A stretch of 62,329 bases of DNA, filler included, from Sphacelaria rigidula (Eukaryota): NCBI GenBank assembly GCA_964200075.2. It is 5 parts of 5 records of this genome, joined end to end, with 100 filler letters (N's around TTAATTAATTAA, not from the genome) between each part and the next. Parts side by side here need not be neighbours in the genome. Positions count along the whole stretch, not along the records: positions 24,974 to 37,359 come from CAXNAA020003832.1; positions 37,460 to 49,844 come from CAXNAA020003833.1; 3 more parts are not named here. The stretch is one strand, 5' to 3'. The notes beneath the pieces were generated by a model. It did not search any database. It had not been told where the DNA came from and was given only the letters and a program-made list of their open reading frames with translations. Position 1 is the stretch's first letter. Every line of letters starts with the position of its first letter. Shown piece after piece: positions 26,341 to 39,113 of the stretch. A program made the translations under genes and the position numbers.

Positions 26341-28592
26341 CGTGCAACGTAGATTCCACCGCGTCCGGTTTGAGCACCTTAGGCGTAGGACTTTTATAGA
26401 GAGCTTGGCGCTGAGCCGATAGTGGAGTTCGAAACTATAATGTCGGAGTCGTGTCCACGCAACGCTGATGCGACGCTGATTTCGGCGGAGATATTGGTGT
26501 CTGCGTTGACAGCACCACCAATGTAGACAATAATCGGTCGTCCGCTGCCGCCTACCGTTACCAGCAATGAATGTACCGTGTAGGATAGATAGGTCATTGG
26601 CCAATCGATAACGTCCCACGTACAATCGGATTTGTGCCCTCGCCTGACACCTACAGTCGCGACTACCGATAAATTAACAGCTTTTAGTCAAATCGCACGG
26701 ATACACATGTGGCGATAACTTGATAACTCAGCAGTCATGATCGATCTAGCATGCCGTACTGCAGTCATGATACCGTTGACCTCGCATTCCTACAAAGCCA
26801 GGGCGGAGCACGGTGGGTTTTCGCCGGACCAAGGATCACTCAGCGCGAGATCTAATCATTCAGCATCGTAGACTCACAGTAATCGTGGGCATCGTCGACG
26901 ACGGTTCACATCGTGCCCACTCGGAAAAACTTCCAGGTTTCAGCTCAGATGAGCAACATAAAAACTGGTTTCCCAGGAAAGACCGCAATCTTCCACCAAA
27001 ACGATTGCCCCGGGTTAGGGTTCGAATTTTGAGTTGGCATTACACACACATGTCCGTACAGGAAAGCACAAAACGGTGTGCCCCTTCATCGCTGAAAGTA
27101 GGTGGATTAGATTAGCTCGGTTCTCCCTTGTGTTTTGTGTTCCTTCCGATTTTCTCTCCTTGTCTGTTCTACCTTTCTGTTTCGTTCATTTTTACTCAAC
27201 GAGCGTTTCCGTTCTATTTCATCTCGGCTACGCCTATCATGCGACCACGGCTGAATTCCGGAAGTGTCACTTGATGTGCAACGACCAATGAACCAATCAA
27301 ATAACTGTGCCAAATTTGAAGTCGAAAGCCGGAGCGAAAGCGAGGAAAGAAAACATCATCACTTCGGAACTATTGCCCTCACCATCACAGCTATCAAATG
27401 GGGGTGTATGCAAGGGCTCTCTCATATTACTCGGTCCTGACGGCGAGATAGATGTTAAAAAAATAGGTCAAAACTCCTGTAGTTCCCTTCGGAACGTGCT
27501 CTGTAAAAGTGATTACAAGCCGGGTTTCTATGGTACAATGCGGATGGTCTCTTGTATGACGGTTCCAACATCGTTGCGACATATGCGTATATTCTTGCAA
27601 AAGTACTTCGCAGCACAATTCTGACCAAAGCAACTGTTCCCCTCGTCCTCGGCCTGAGGTGGACATGCGTTATGTGTAAGTTTTTCTCGAGAATTAGTGT
27701 GTCAAAGGATTGCTGTGCCCTCGTTGTTCAACGAGCTTGTCAGCATGCGTAGTCCTTGGTAAGCTATGGTGAATGTTCGGTGGTGGACGTGCCGCGAGTG
27801 CAGCCTGGTGAAATTAAATGGTACATTATGTGTGCCACTTAGGGGGTAGTTGGAATCTCAACCTGGGGTTCGAGGGTAACAGAGGAGTGAGAGGGGGGGT
27901 GGCAAGGCAAAGACGGACGACGACGCAAGCAAGAGAGTAGAGGGTGCTGTGTCGAGAACCACCAAAAAAAGAGCCGCCGTTGCTGGCATGGCAACAGCAA
28001 CAGCTCGCGAGGAACCGAAGACGAAAGTGGTCGGGAGGTTGACCCGCTTTGTACTCGAGTAGAATTGTGTCGAAGAAGCGCGGGTAACACGAGACGGATA
28101 TATTCCTGTCTTCTCTTAATGCCATTAACTTCTTTCCGTGGCTTGAAACCTTCGCGATGTTCCTAGCTGGGTTCATGCACACGCTCTGCTTGGGTTTTGT
28201 GCTTCATTCCTTCTCCCTTTCTTTTTTTCATATCATCTCTCTTGTTTCTCTTTCTCTCTTTTTCCCTCCTTTCAGTAGTTTTCGTTTCTCTGCCGTAGTG
28301 CAGTATGTGTGTCGCGCACGTAGACCTCATGGGTGACAGTTTGCGCCAACAAAGTGTGGTTCCCAAATAGATTATACGACATCTTATTTTCCCGCACGGC
28401 CTCATTACCTGAAGCCAAGTTGCAGAGCTGGCCAAATCTGATGTACTATTTCCTTTTTTTCTTTCTTCCATTCTTCTTCAATTTCTGTATAATTCTTATC
28501 GGATCCGTTCTTTAATTTTCTTCTTTTACTTTCCTTTCCTTTCTCCTCCTCGTTCTTCCCGCTTCGTCGCTTTCTGTTTCTGCTTCTGTTCT

Positions 28593-28866
28593 GACAATGT
28601 TTTCGTGAGAGTCGGAATCTAGCGTTGATTGAGGGTGAGTTTTTTCATTTTTCGTTCTGACATGACCATTCTTTCATTTTGTGCCTGCTTTTTTCTGCCT
28701 GTACCACAGTCGTGTGCTCCCATATACACGTCGATATCCTACCCAGGGATAACAGAGACTTCGGTGTCAAGCTACTGCAGAACGCGTACCGGGCCTGGTA
28801 AAAGGTTCGAAGGGGTATTTCGGAGCTGAATCATATCCTAGACTCTCAATCTCACGTAAAGTTGTG
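28593..28866 (+). mobile_element. MITE, same family as 47235-47532; TSD TTCT
   Basis: Ends gacaatgttttcgtgagagt...actctcaatctcacg; shares the internal 'cacgtcgatatcctac' and 'aagctactgcagaacgcgta' blocks; TTCT on both flanks. Confidence 0.75.
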
Positions 28867-29084
28867 TTCTGTTCGTCTCATTATTCGTTTGTCCCGCCTG
28901 TTCTATTCTCTTTTCCTCGTCTTCCTTGAGTTTCCTTCACTGTGTAGCGAATGTTGCGCTCAATCTACCTTGGGTACATGTACGTTGTGAGCACAGAGGG
29001 ATCGATTAGTGTGCGCCAAACCATGAATCAATCCATGAAGGAATCGATCGATCAAATGCAAAGGGGTTGTGTAATTGTGGGCAC

Positions 29085-32000
29085 CTGATTCAGAGTCAGT
29101 TATGGCCTGGCGAATTCCGTCCGTCACGTCGCCAGCCACGTAGTATCGGCCAGCTTCCCAGATGCCACGTTCAGCCAATGCCTCTGTGCTGCGCGTAGTC
29201 CAGTCATCTTCACCAATCAGCGACTCCCATTCAGATGCGTTAGGTGGAAGCTCATCGATAGACTTGTCAAGCAAACTTTGAAACGACCACGACCTGTTTG
29301 TGCTATCCTCACACCCCCTGTAGCAGTATGATAGGCACTCGTCTCCCTCTTCCTCCGTGTGGTTGCAGATTGATACCCCCGATTCTTGTTTGATTGACGC
29401 GCGGTCCAAACAGGAGACAGTTGGCCATAAAGAGGGAGGGGCGACGTGAAAGGACGGTCTGAATGTCTATGGTAGTCATCAACCCCCCTGCTTCATGTGG
29501 TGTATGGAGCTGCCGCGAAGGGAGCTGCTCTTTGCGCGACGTAAACCGCCGTCATCTTCTAGCACAGACGTACGTTGCTGTTCGTTAACATTTCGCCCAT
29601 TCGTGCAGCATTCTTCAGTCGCATTCTGCGTTCGCGCAATGTTCTTTAGCCGCGTTTTTCACGTTTGCGCAGCACTGAAGTTTAGGGACGTTTCCATTAA
29701 ACTGAACGTGCCCGCGACAACCGTCACCTCGTTGCCTGAAGTTGCCATGGCAACACGTCAGTGATAAGATACAAGCCTGATATGCTGAGGGTGGACGCTG
29801 TCGAGATGCGTGGCAATCGACTTCTTTTATCAACAACATATTTCAAGAGGGCAAAAGCAAGAACCCAATATATGTGCCATTTCATTCATGATGGCAGTGC
29901 TAGCGCTGACTGGTATATTACCCGAATCCTACGCGGCGATGGCGCCTCACCGTATTGTACATCAGTAGGTATAGTGCCGATCTCCAGATAGGTGCGCGAT
30001 GCGGCGTGCATGCTGGATAGCAGGAACAATGATGCTCTGTTATTCAAAGGGCGTTTGCGAGTGCCACGATAAGCAAGTCAAGCTCAGTTTTCATCATGTT
30101 GAACTAAGCAATAATTTGCAAACGTGATAAGTAGACATGTGACATGTGCTTCTCACGGGCACACGGAAGCAGGCCGTGATCGTGTTAGCTGAAAGTTCAC
30201 GAAGGCGCAGCATCCCTACACATATTCGTTTCTGCGTCTCCCTGCAGGATACGATAAATGAGGGTGACGACGAGACTCACCCTGCTATAACGTCCGGGCC
30301 TCCTTCGGGGTAGGAAATTCCCGAAAATGACGCTGCAAATACCGTTCCAGGCGCGAGAACGACCTCGTTGTAGTTACTTACTGAAGGTATCATCCACCAA
30401 AACACGGCCGCGGGGATCAAGCGTCGGTTCAGTAAGCCTGCTTTGGGGAACAGTACACATCAACTTTACGCGAGGTCAAAATTGTAGCCCAGCTGCAAAT
30501 TCCACAATCTGAACGACTTCCGCGATTTTACGGTGATATCGCGTGTTCTCGAAGAATGACTCCACACAATACTTCAAGGCGCAGCCACAGAAGTTTTCGG
30601 TCTATTAATGAATGCAAACGAACAAACGTTCAGTTTGATGACACGGAAGACAAGTCAGCTCTACTAAATACCACCGTAGAAGTGTGCAAGAATATTGGTA
30701 CTATTAAATTTATCCCTAAACACCCGGATTACAGGGAAAAGTGGATACCCCGCCACCGCGGGAGTCCTAGGGTAAAAAAACAGCCAAACGGAGGCGCACT
30801 ACGGCACACATTGGATGTAGCCACGCTTATGGAGGCAATTATGCTGTCTTAGCCCTTGAAGTGTGTGTATATCGTTTGTCGCAGCGGGTTACTGACTGTA
30901 GGGGGAGACTTGGGGCAGCAAAAACTACAAGGGTCGGACGAATAATGATTCGTCTGGAGATTACATGGTCTTAGTACCATTGATTCGACCCATACGAATC
31001 AATCCCTAGGCTTTGTTTTCAGCGTTGCAACCCAGGTCCGCGCAGCCCAGACACGTGGAATGGCGCAAAAGTTGCGTGAATACCCTTCGACCAGCGGTCA
31101 ACTTTTTTCTCCGTTTTGGGAAATCAGGCCGAAGAAATCGTATTTTTTTTTGTGGAAAACTACAAAGATGACAGCTAGCTGTGGTCTAACTCCCCACGGC
31201 AGTGGTGATGCTGGTGAAGCCCCGCATTGCGCCAGACACTTGCGAGTGATCAGACGGGTATTTTGAGGCGCATAGTATAGCGTCCACGTTACCGTAAGGA
31301 TTGCTGGTGCTCAATGAATGTATTTGGATGTTGTAGTAAGGATGTCTGACCCTAATAAACGTGATATGCTCATTGCAAACTTTGCCACAAAATGCGCGCC
31401 TCAATGATATCCCCGAGGCAGCTATAGCAACACGTGCTGGCACAAGGTGGTTGTCCCCATCGTATGTATGAGAGGAGAAGGCGACCCAGCTGTTAGAAGG
31501 TGTATTACTCCCGTACGTTGCGGGACAAAAATGGGAAGTAAAACAAAAACCGCGCGTTGATCACATGATGTGCCCCAAGAGACAACCGACGAACAACAAC
31601 CCCTACACACCATGGTGACACGCTGACGTACGCTGAATCAGTCCACTGTACATGATACCTACTGTTAATGCAGTCGCTGTTTTCATGCAACTCTATCGTC
31701 TGTACTACAGCTATACTCTGTGCTCCTTCCTGTCGTAGTACGGCGTTGTTGCTTTGCATTGTACGTATCGACTCTGGCGCTACACGTAGAATCGAACATT
31801 GCCGTCCGTTGATGCGACACTTTTCCGACACTCGCATCGACGTCGTATGTTTAGGCAAGCGAGGTGGACATTCCAGGTGCACCGAACGTTACCGCAAGAT
31901 ACCTTTGTTATTTAGACACTTGAGACTGATACGATATTTTTTGTTTTACTAATTTTTCGGCGCAGACCCACCGATCTGGTCCCAATCCAGCTGCGGTCAC

Positions 32001-32479
32001 GAGATAGATGTACCCAAGGCAGAGAAATATAAATAGTCGCTGAGAAAAACGTGAAGAACGGACAGTATGGAAAAGGAGAGAGGGAACGAAATATCGATAC
32101 TCACTCTCAATTCACCAGCCGAACTCTCGGAGGAACATGTCAGAAAACTCACATGTGCGCGTCTGTAGAGCTAGTGCAGTGCGGTTTGCCCGAAACTGTC
32201 GAGTTATGGTGACCGCACACGATCAAACAGCCACAGCAACGAGAGAAGTCGAAAACGCGGATGTTAGCACGTCAGTCCGGCCTGCGTACAAAATGTTGGG
32301 CATCGCGTAAGCAGCTAGCAGCAACGGAAGCCCGCAGCTTGTGGCTTTCGTTCATGTACAGACAGCCGTTCAGCAAGCGGTATACATACGTTGCGGGTAT
32401 CAAGACTTATTGTAGGCCTATGCCGCAAGGAAAGAAAGGACGGGGTCCATCCGTTGCGCCGCAAGAGAGTGTCAGCACC
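29085..32479 (-). CDS. Hypothetical protein, seven phase-consistent internal exons (gene probably extends on both sides)
   Basis: Exons 32390-32479, 32153-32195, 31632-31779, 31293-31489, 30281-30437, 29951-30012 and 29085-29384 each have AG/GT borders. Their phases join into a stop-free frame of about 330 aa (...QWTDSA-WVAFSSHTYDG...SNPY-GLLNRRLIPAAVFWWMIPSVSNYNEVV...DVIAG-MHAASRTYLEIGTIPTDVQY-ESGVSICNHTEEEGDECLSYCYRGC...). The two most 5' exons are less certain. No family recognised. Confidence 0.65.
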
Positions 32480-32859
32480 CTAGCGCCTCACGGCTACTGG
32501 CCGCCGAGATATCAGTCATATGGCGAGTTGAAGGTAGGAAACCAACACGACAAGCTTCCCGGAAAATTGGTCCCCCCCCCTGTCTCTATTAGGAGTGGGA
32601 ACGGTGCTACGTCTTTGGAGGGATGCGTGTTCAATGGTCAAACGACTAAGGCAAGCAACAAAGAAGTACGCCCCCCCCCCCCTCCGCTATTTGAGGGGAA
32701 CGTCGTGAAGCGTTCTGCTAACATTTCCTGGACAACATCGACCCTTTCGAGAGCTGCACAAGCGTTTGTACTGTATGCTGGGCCAGCCAAGAATTCCCAG
32801 CGGAGGTTGAACAGCTTTGCCCTGCTCACTTTTGAGAGCTAGGAACTGAACTTTTCACA

Positions 32860-33500
32860 TGTCGGACAGCTCATGAGCTAGCTCATCTGAGAGCTGTAGC
32901 TCACTTGTAGTCAAACATGTACATGCAAGCTCCATCCGATAGCTCACCCACGGCAAAAGTGCGCTGATCAGCTACGAGTCGGTAGCTCACCCAGAACAAA
33001 CATGCGTAGCTCATGTAGCTCTCATAGCTCACCCACGGTGGATATGAGCTGATAAGCTACGAGTCGGTAGCTTACCCAGGACAAACGTGCGTAGCTCATG
33101 TAGCTCTCATAGCTCACCCATGGCGAATATAAGCTGATGGGCTACGGGTTGGTCGCTTACCTTGACCAAACATGCGTCGCTCATGCAGCTCTCATAGCCC
33201 ACCAGAATATGAGCTGATGAGCTACTGGCTGGTAGCTCACCTGGGGCAAACATACGTAGCTCATGTAGCTCTCATAGTCTACCCAGGAAAATCATGTGTA
33301 GCTCACGCGGCTCTTGTAGCTCACCCAGGGAAAACATGTGCAGATGAGCTATACTCGATAGCTCACCCAAGACAAACATGTGTAGCTCACGCAGCTCTTC
33401 CAGCTCACCCAGAGAAAATATGAGTGGATGAGGTACGCCCGGTAGCTCAACCCGGGAACAAATACTCACAGCTCACTCACGTCATGTGCCTAGCTCACCG
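32860..33500 (+). repeat. AGCT-rich tandem array, ~85-bp unit plus shorter subunits
   Basis: Unit gtagctcacccag.acaaacatgcgtagctcatgtagctctcatagctcacccacggcggatatgagctgatgagctacgggttg starts at 32982, 33067, 33152 and 33232. Confidence 0.9.
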
Positions 33501-33805
33501 ATGGCAGACCCGGTGTTGCTCATGATGTTACATTCTTGTTCGAATGGACGGCGTAACATATCACCAGGTTGTGGTTTTCTGCCTCGCTCTTGGCGGGGTG
33601 AAGAATAGAGCTCGACACAAGTCCTCGTTCGTACGGTCGAATGGTTCAAAACATGATTATGATTTGGTGTCTTGAATAATCGACAGATTCATTGCTTTTG
33701 ATCGTTTGGCCGCGGGGGTTCGAGTCCATCTGGGCATGCATATTTTTTCAAGTGAAATTGAAGCCGATTCAACAGGTGACCTATGCTCGCCGTCAAAAGG
33801 GTCAA

Positions 33806-33903
33806 CCCTTTGACCGCGAGGGTAAGTGATCCGTGCATAATTCATGTTTTTTGGGTGTGAATGATGCCGATTCAACTGATTGCCTACCCTCGCGGTCAAA
33901 GGG
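33806..33903. mobile_element. 98-bp miniature inverted-repeat element, possibly piggyBac-type
   Basis: Perfect 19-bp inverted repeat ccctttgaccgcgagggta / taccctcgcggtcaaaggg, flanked by tcaa / gtaa (degenerate TTAA). A related sequence lies at ~58905-58970. Confidence 0.55.
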
Positions 33904-34244
33904 GTAAGCAAGAAAATCTTATATTGTGTGCGTGTTCACTTCTCCCTCCACATCGATCGCCTGTTTCGGAGGATCCAGATCCACGGCATCATTTCCGACT
34001 GAAGCGCCGCTAGAGCTGCTGCCCCCGGCGATTGCCATGTAGGGAGAGTTGTGTGTGCGTGGGATCGTGTGTGCGTGTGGTGGCAACGGTGAGGATGGCT
34101 TCTGATGCCTTCGTGTTGATGTTCACGAACAGCAAATCCATCACTGCACAAAACGGAACGCAGGTGTGTACACATGTAACCGTTTTCACGTATCAACGTG
34201 CATAAGCATCGGAACAGAAACAACCCCAAACTCGGCGTAGCGCC

Positions 34245-34735
34245 CGTAGCTATTTAGTTCAACCAGGGCAAGCATGCGTAGCTGATGTAGCTCTCACAGC
34301 TTACCCAGGGCAAACATGCGCGGATGAGCTACTTCCGCGAGCTCACCCAGGGCAATTGTGTGTAGCTTACCTAGCTCTCATAGCTCATCGAGGGCAATAA
34401 TGCGTAGCTCATGTAGCTCTCATAGCTCACCCCGGACAAACGTGCGTAGCTCATGCAGCTTTCATACATAGCTCACCCACGGCGGATATGAGCTGATGAG
34501 CTACGGGTTAGTCGCTCACCTAGGGCAATCATGCGTAGCTCGTGGAGCTCTCATACCTCACCCAGGGCGGATATGAGCTGATGAGCTACGGGTTGGTAGC
34601 TTACCTGGGGCAAACATGCGTAGCTCATGTTGCTCTTACAGCTCTCCCAGGAAAAAAACATGTGTACCCCGTGCAGCTCTCACAGCTCACTACGGAGCTA
34701 CGATAGAAAAGAGTTAGCTCGAGCAACAGGGAGCT
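34245..34735 (+). repeat. Second AGCT-rich tandem array, same family and orientation
   Basis: Repeated tagctcacccagggcaaacatgcgtagctcatgtagctctca and ggcggatatgagctgatgagctacgggtt blocks. Confidence 0.9.
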
Positions 34736-35294
34736 GGTCTGTCCGACGCGTGGAAACTTTATCCAGAGATTCGTATAATCAATACGCGGAAAGTAGCTGA
34801 AGCAGCGGAGAAAAGAAAATGTAACATAAGTCATTCAAAGTTTCGGATTGTTTTTTTGAAAATATCATTGCTCGATAAACAAAAACTCTCCCCCCCCCCG
34901 TGAAGAATTTCACTCTGTGCGGGGAAGGTCCTTGTGAAAGTTCAACTCAAAACTCCCAAATTTGGACGGGGCATTCCACTTTTTGTGCGAGTTCGCCGTA
35001 CCCTTGTCTACAGTAGCTGGTTCAAGATCATGTTAATATATTACAGACAGAAATGATTGTCGCCCGTCGTTTTTCTTGAAAAATGACAAGAATGTTTTTT
35101 TCCCAAGGAACACAAAGCCGCGCCGTAAGTGCACAACACCGAGGCAGCAGTGAAACACACCCTCCTCGTATACGCATACCCGCCTGAGAGAGAGCACTCA
35201 CACAACTCCCGAGGTACTGGGGTATGCTGGTGTGACCTGTTTGCGGGTGTGCGGGCGACGAGACACACCGCTGTTGTACAACGAACGTGAGAGC

Positions 35295-36355
35295 AACAAC
35301 TCCGCAATGTGGACCGACGACAGCAAACATCTTCCGCTGCTGTACTCGCCACCACAGACCCTAACTCCTCAAATACGGGTCTACAGCTGTAGCTAGTGGT
35401 ACCACCTACTGCTGTGGACCCGCACAGAGGGTGAGTTATGGAGAGCCGCAGTCCGCAGCGGTACGATACCTCCAGAACTACGCAATCTGCGCACGGAAAG
35501 CCAGCAGCGAACAACGTCTTCCACTACCGTACTCGCCACCACAGACCCAAACCTTCCCACTGCTGTACTCGCCACCCGACCTCTCCTGTACCTTCACGGG
35601 TCCCATGAGTAGAAGACAGCTGAAAGAAGGGTGTGGTGCGTGTTGATATGCTTACATCTCTTGCAGGGAACGAGTTATCGAGACCCGCAGCAGTACGCAG
35701 CAGTACCTCCTCCAGAACTCCGCAATCTGCACCCACAGCAATATCTTGCAGAGCTGTACTCGCCACCACAGCCCCTAACCTGCTCAAGTACGGGTCTCCA
35801 GCAGTAGCCATTGGTACCAGCTATTGCTGTGGACCCACAATTTAGGGGGTTGGGGTCTGTCGTGGCGGGCACCGCAGTGGATGCTTCCTATCGTCGGCCC
35901 AGATTTAACGCTATATTCGTGAGATTCAGAGTGTAGTTTCAGATTCAGAGTCAGAATTTCAAACGGAAGAACTGTTTTCTTTGTTGTCGATTCTTATGCG
36001 AAACAGTTCGCGTCACTAACCAACCAACATTGGAGGCTGTGAAAACACGCATGTCCATTACTCGGATTGGTTGATCAGTGACGCGAACTGTTTCGGATAA
36101 GAATCCGCCACAAAAAAAACAGTGTTCACAGCCTCCAATGTTGGTTGGTTAGTGACGCGAACTGTTTCGCATAAGAATCGACCACAAAGAGAGCAGTTCT
36201 TCCGGTTGAAATCCTGACTCTGAATCTGAAACTACACTCTGAATCTCACGAATACAGTGTTATTTGCGGAGTTCTGACCCACTGCTACGGCTCTCGATAA
36301 CTCCGCCCCAGCAGCAGATCTGCGCATACCAACACGCATCACACCCTTCTCCATG
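35295..36355. repeat. Composite direct/inverted repeat region hosting the 355-bp MITE
   Basis: The motif (c)tgtactcgccaccacag recurs at ~35340, 35528, 35563 and 35754. Segment 35622-35730 is inverted at 36262-36352. Confidence 0.75.
35907..36261. mobile_element. 355-bp MITE with ~135-bp terminal inverted repeats and 4-bp TSD (ATTT)
   Basis: The left arm aacgctatattcgtgagattcagagtgtag...ggaggctgtgaa is the near-perfect reverse complement of the right arm ttcacagcctcc...ctcacgaatacagtgtt. ATTT flanks both ends. Confidence 0.9.
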
Positions 36356-37359
36356 ATGTTCTATACTGAAATAGCCGGGATTTGTAGAGGAAATCTCAAC
36401 TCAAACCTTGGTCTAATATTGACGCCCGCAAAATGGCATGTTTTGTCTTGAGTTTTGAACAGGCGCAAGAAGCATCTTGATTTCGGACCATGTGCGGGGG
36501 TGGTATTCTACGTGATTCACATGTAAAGAGTCGCCCCGTTCGTCGCTGTGTGAGCGAATCAACTCTTCATGCGCAATACTTCCCTACTGGTCTGGTCGAT
36601 CTGCTGTGTGGTTAGTGTGTGCTTTCTCGGGTATTTTAAAATTGCCCAACTCCAAATATCGGTCTCTCCCTCATCACGGTGCTTTGTAGAGGTGGCAGTC
36701 CGAGTACGACGAGGGACAAGGTAGTGGAAAACGCATGCACAACTTTCTACTATCCGCTTCCGCGGTGGCATGCCCACGTTCCATTCAGTGCCTTACCGCC
36801 GACTCTCTTTTTTTGCGTTACCGTCTTTCATCAGTAGGATACACAATTTGTTCTGTTTCTTCTACAAGTTGAGAGGTTACATGGCATAGGTACTACATTT
36901 GACAAGGAGTTTTTTCGTCCCAGGGGTTTTGGGTTTACCCTTGCATCTGGATTGGTTTCCGGTTCTGTGTATATGCTCTCGCGACGGGTTTCCCCCTGAT
37001 ACCCGGGTTTCCCCTTGCATCTCACTTTCGGTTTCTTATCACCTACAATTAATTACAACGGCCGAGGTTCTCCTTCCTCCTGTCTTTCCCGATTCATCTC
37101 TCTCTTCAGTCTTCGGGCATTCCTCTACTGGGAAATTCATGTCTTCCGTTCAGACATACTCCGATATATGCTTCATGGCCAACCCTAACCCCAACGCCCA
37201 TCTCCGGTCTGATCTTCCTCCTCCCCCGCTACAGTGTCTCCACCCTAACCGACAGCACACATAGTCTAATGCCTAAAGGGAGTCATCAACAATGAACAGC
37301 CGATTTTCGAAAATGGGGTTGAAAAAAAAATATGAGGTTCAACTCAAAAGCCGTGCTTT

Positions 37360-37459
37360 NNNNNNNNNNNNNNNNNNNNNNNNNNNNNNNNNNNNNNNNN
37401 NNNTTAATTAATTAANNNNNNNNNNNNNNNNNNNNNNNNNNNNNNNNNNNNNNNNNNNN
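37360..37459. other. Artificial contig linker N44-TTAATTAATTAA-N44
   Basis: Same 100-nt spacer as at 12388-12487. Confidence 0.98.
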
Positions 37460-37689
37460 CAGTATGTTTTTTATTATGCCCTACTCATTGTCCATACCAA
37501 ATTTCAGGGTCCAGCTCCAAGTATTGGCCGTATAATGGGCCTGCAAACTGCAGAATCGCTTCTCGGCTGGCCCAGCTCGTATAGTATTTCACTAGCTACC
37601 GCGGAAACACTCCGCTGTCGACAGCAAAAGATTCATTCGCCCATCTGTTTAAAAACTCCACGGTTAGGACGAATCATCACGACTAAGAA

Positions 37690-37910
37690 TCATAAAATCC
37701 ACGATTTCTTCGGCCTGATTGCCCGAAAGGGAGAAAAAGTTGACTGCTGGTCCAAGGGGTCTCCACGCAACGTTTGCGCCATTCCACGTGTCTGGGCTGC
37801 GTGTACCTGGGTTGCAACGCTGGAAACGAATTTTACGGAATTGATTCGTACGATTCGAATCAAATATACTATAACCAAGTAATTTCCAGACGAATCGTTA
37901 TTAGTCCGAC
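37690..37910 (+). repeat. Dispersed repeat shared by three contigs (also 58520-58740 + and 30933-31140 -)
   Basis: Shares ...ccattccacgtgtctgggctgcgtgtacctgggttgcaacgctg...tttccagacgaatcgttattagtccgac. Confidence 0.85.
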
Positions 37911-38519
37911 TGTTGGAAACTGTTGCTCGTATCCCGGGCTCTCCCGTAGCTTCAGTTTTCATACAAATAATGAAGTACAGTATTCGTTGCCCCCCTACAG
38001 TATTCGTTGCCCCCCGCCTCGATAGACGGTCCCATCGTTCGATGGTTCGACCCTTTGAACTTTTGCGTGAAATCTTTAAAAGTTGGTGGTCCAAGCAGCA
38101 ACCCAACTCTCGCATGCGACGGACGTCATTCCAATAGTCACCATTTCGGCGACTAGAAAAAACTATCCGATTACCCAAACTAATACCATACGCCTTCTGC
38201 TCCTTGTCAGAAATCGTCTGCTGTCAGTCCGTGTTTTAGGTAACTCGGAACAAAAACACGTGCACCTCCGTGCAACAAAAGTCCAAGTCATCTCTCCATG
38301 CTGTATTGCGTCTAATCACGTGCTTTGTCCATGAAGATCTAGATGTTCGACAAATTTGTATTTGGGCGATTCCGCGGGAGTGCGCGCTCGAGAGAAGAGC
38401 TCGATGAAGAGTGCCACGCTGGCAAGGTTGGTAATAATCCCGGAAAGTAGTGTAATGATGGCAAGAATACTTTGCGATCTTTCGTACTCCCAGCTTGATT
38501 TTTGGCTCGAGCGGTTTCT

Positions 38520-38765
38520 GTGTATGTGTGTGTGTTGTCGTCCCATCTATCCTGGTCGCCGGTCTACACCTTCCGGTATACAGTATATAGGCGCACCAGC
38601 CGGGGTCACACAGGAGGAAGGCCAACATGAGAGTTTTTTGTGTTTTTTTAGTGCTTCCATATTCCTTCCGCGGTGCTTGCCTTTTTTTCTAATTTTTGAC
38701 CCCGAGAGGGGTTCAGCAGTCACTTTCCCTCCGCGACCATCAAGTCGAATTTTTCGTCCAGAGTT
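38520..38765 (-). mobile_element. 5'-truncated copy of the same SINE
   Basis: gtgtgttgtcgtcccatctat...gtctacacc...gcgcacca.ccggggtcacacaggaggaaggcc matches the reverse complement of 57480-57990 once the MITE is removed. Confidence 0.7.
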
Positions 38766-39000
38766 TTGAAGAATTAAAAGAGGCAACCTCGTGTTTTCGT
38801 GTTTCCCGTGTGTTCCTTCGAAAGCACACCTTATCGAAACGAAGTCGGCTAGTGAGAAGAAGGGAAAAAAAAGGACAACTGTTGTTTCTGTACCGTGTTC
38901 CCTTGCTACGGTCCGCCCGAGGCAGCGTTATCAGTCTTTGAACTTATGACGAACGACTTTGAAATACCTTTTGCGGCAAGATTTCCTGCTGATGGCTGCT

Positions 39001-39039
39001 ATTATTATTAGTATTAGTATTAGTATTAGTATTAGTATT

Positions 39040-39091
<52 letters not shown>

Positions 39092-39113
39092 TATTATTAT
39101 TATTATTATTATT
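39001..39113. repeat. Compound microsatellite (ATTAGT)n(ATT)n
   Basis: Seen directly. Confidence 0.95.

Noticed and set aside
31970..32040. Apparent AG/GT-bounded exon in the orphan gene
   Set aside because: The sequence is a copy of the dispersed cttgggtacatcta...gacc.cagctgg retroelement tail, and its phase does not fit.
32860..34735. CRISPR-like array
   Set aside because: The units are tandem and degenerate with no unique spacers, the context is eukaryotic, and there are no cas genes.
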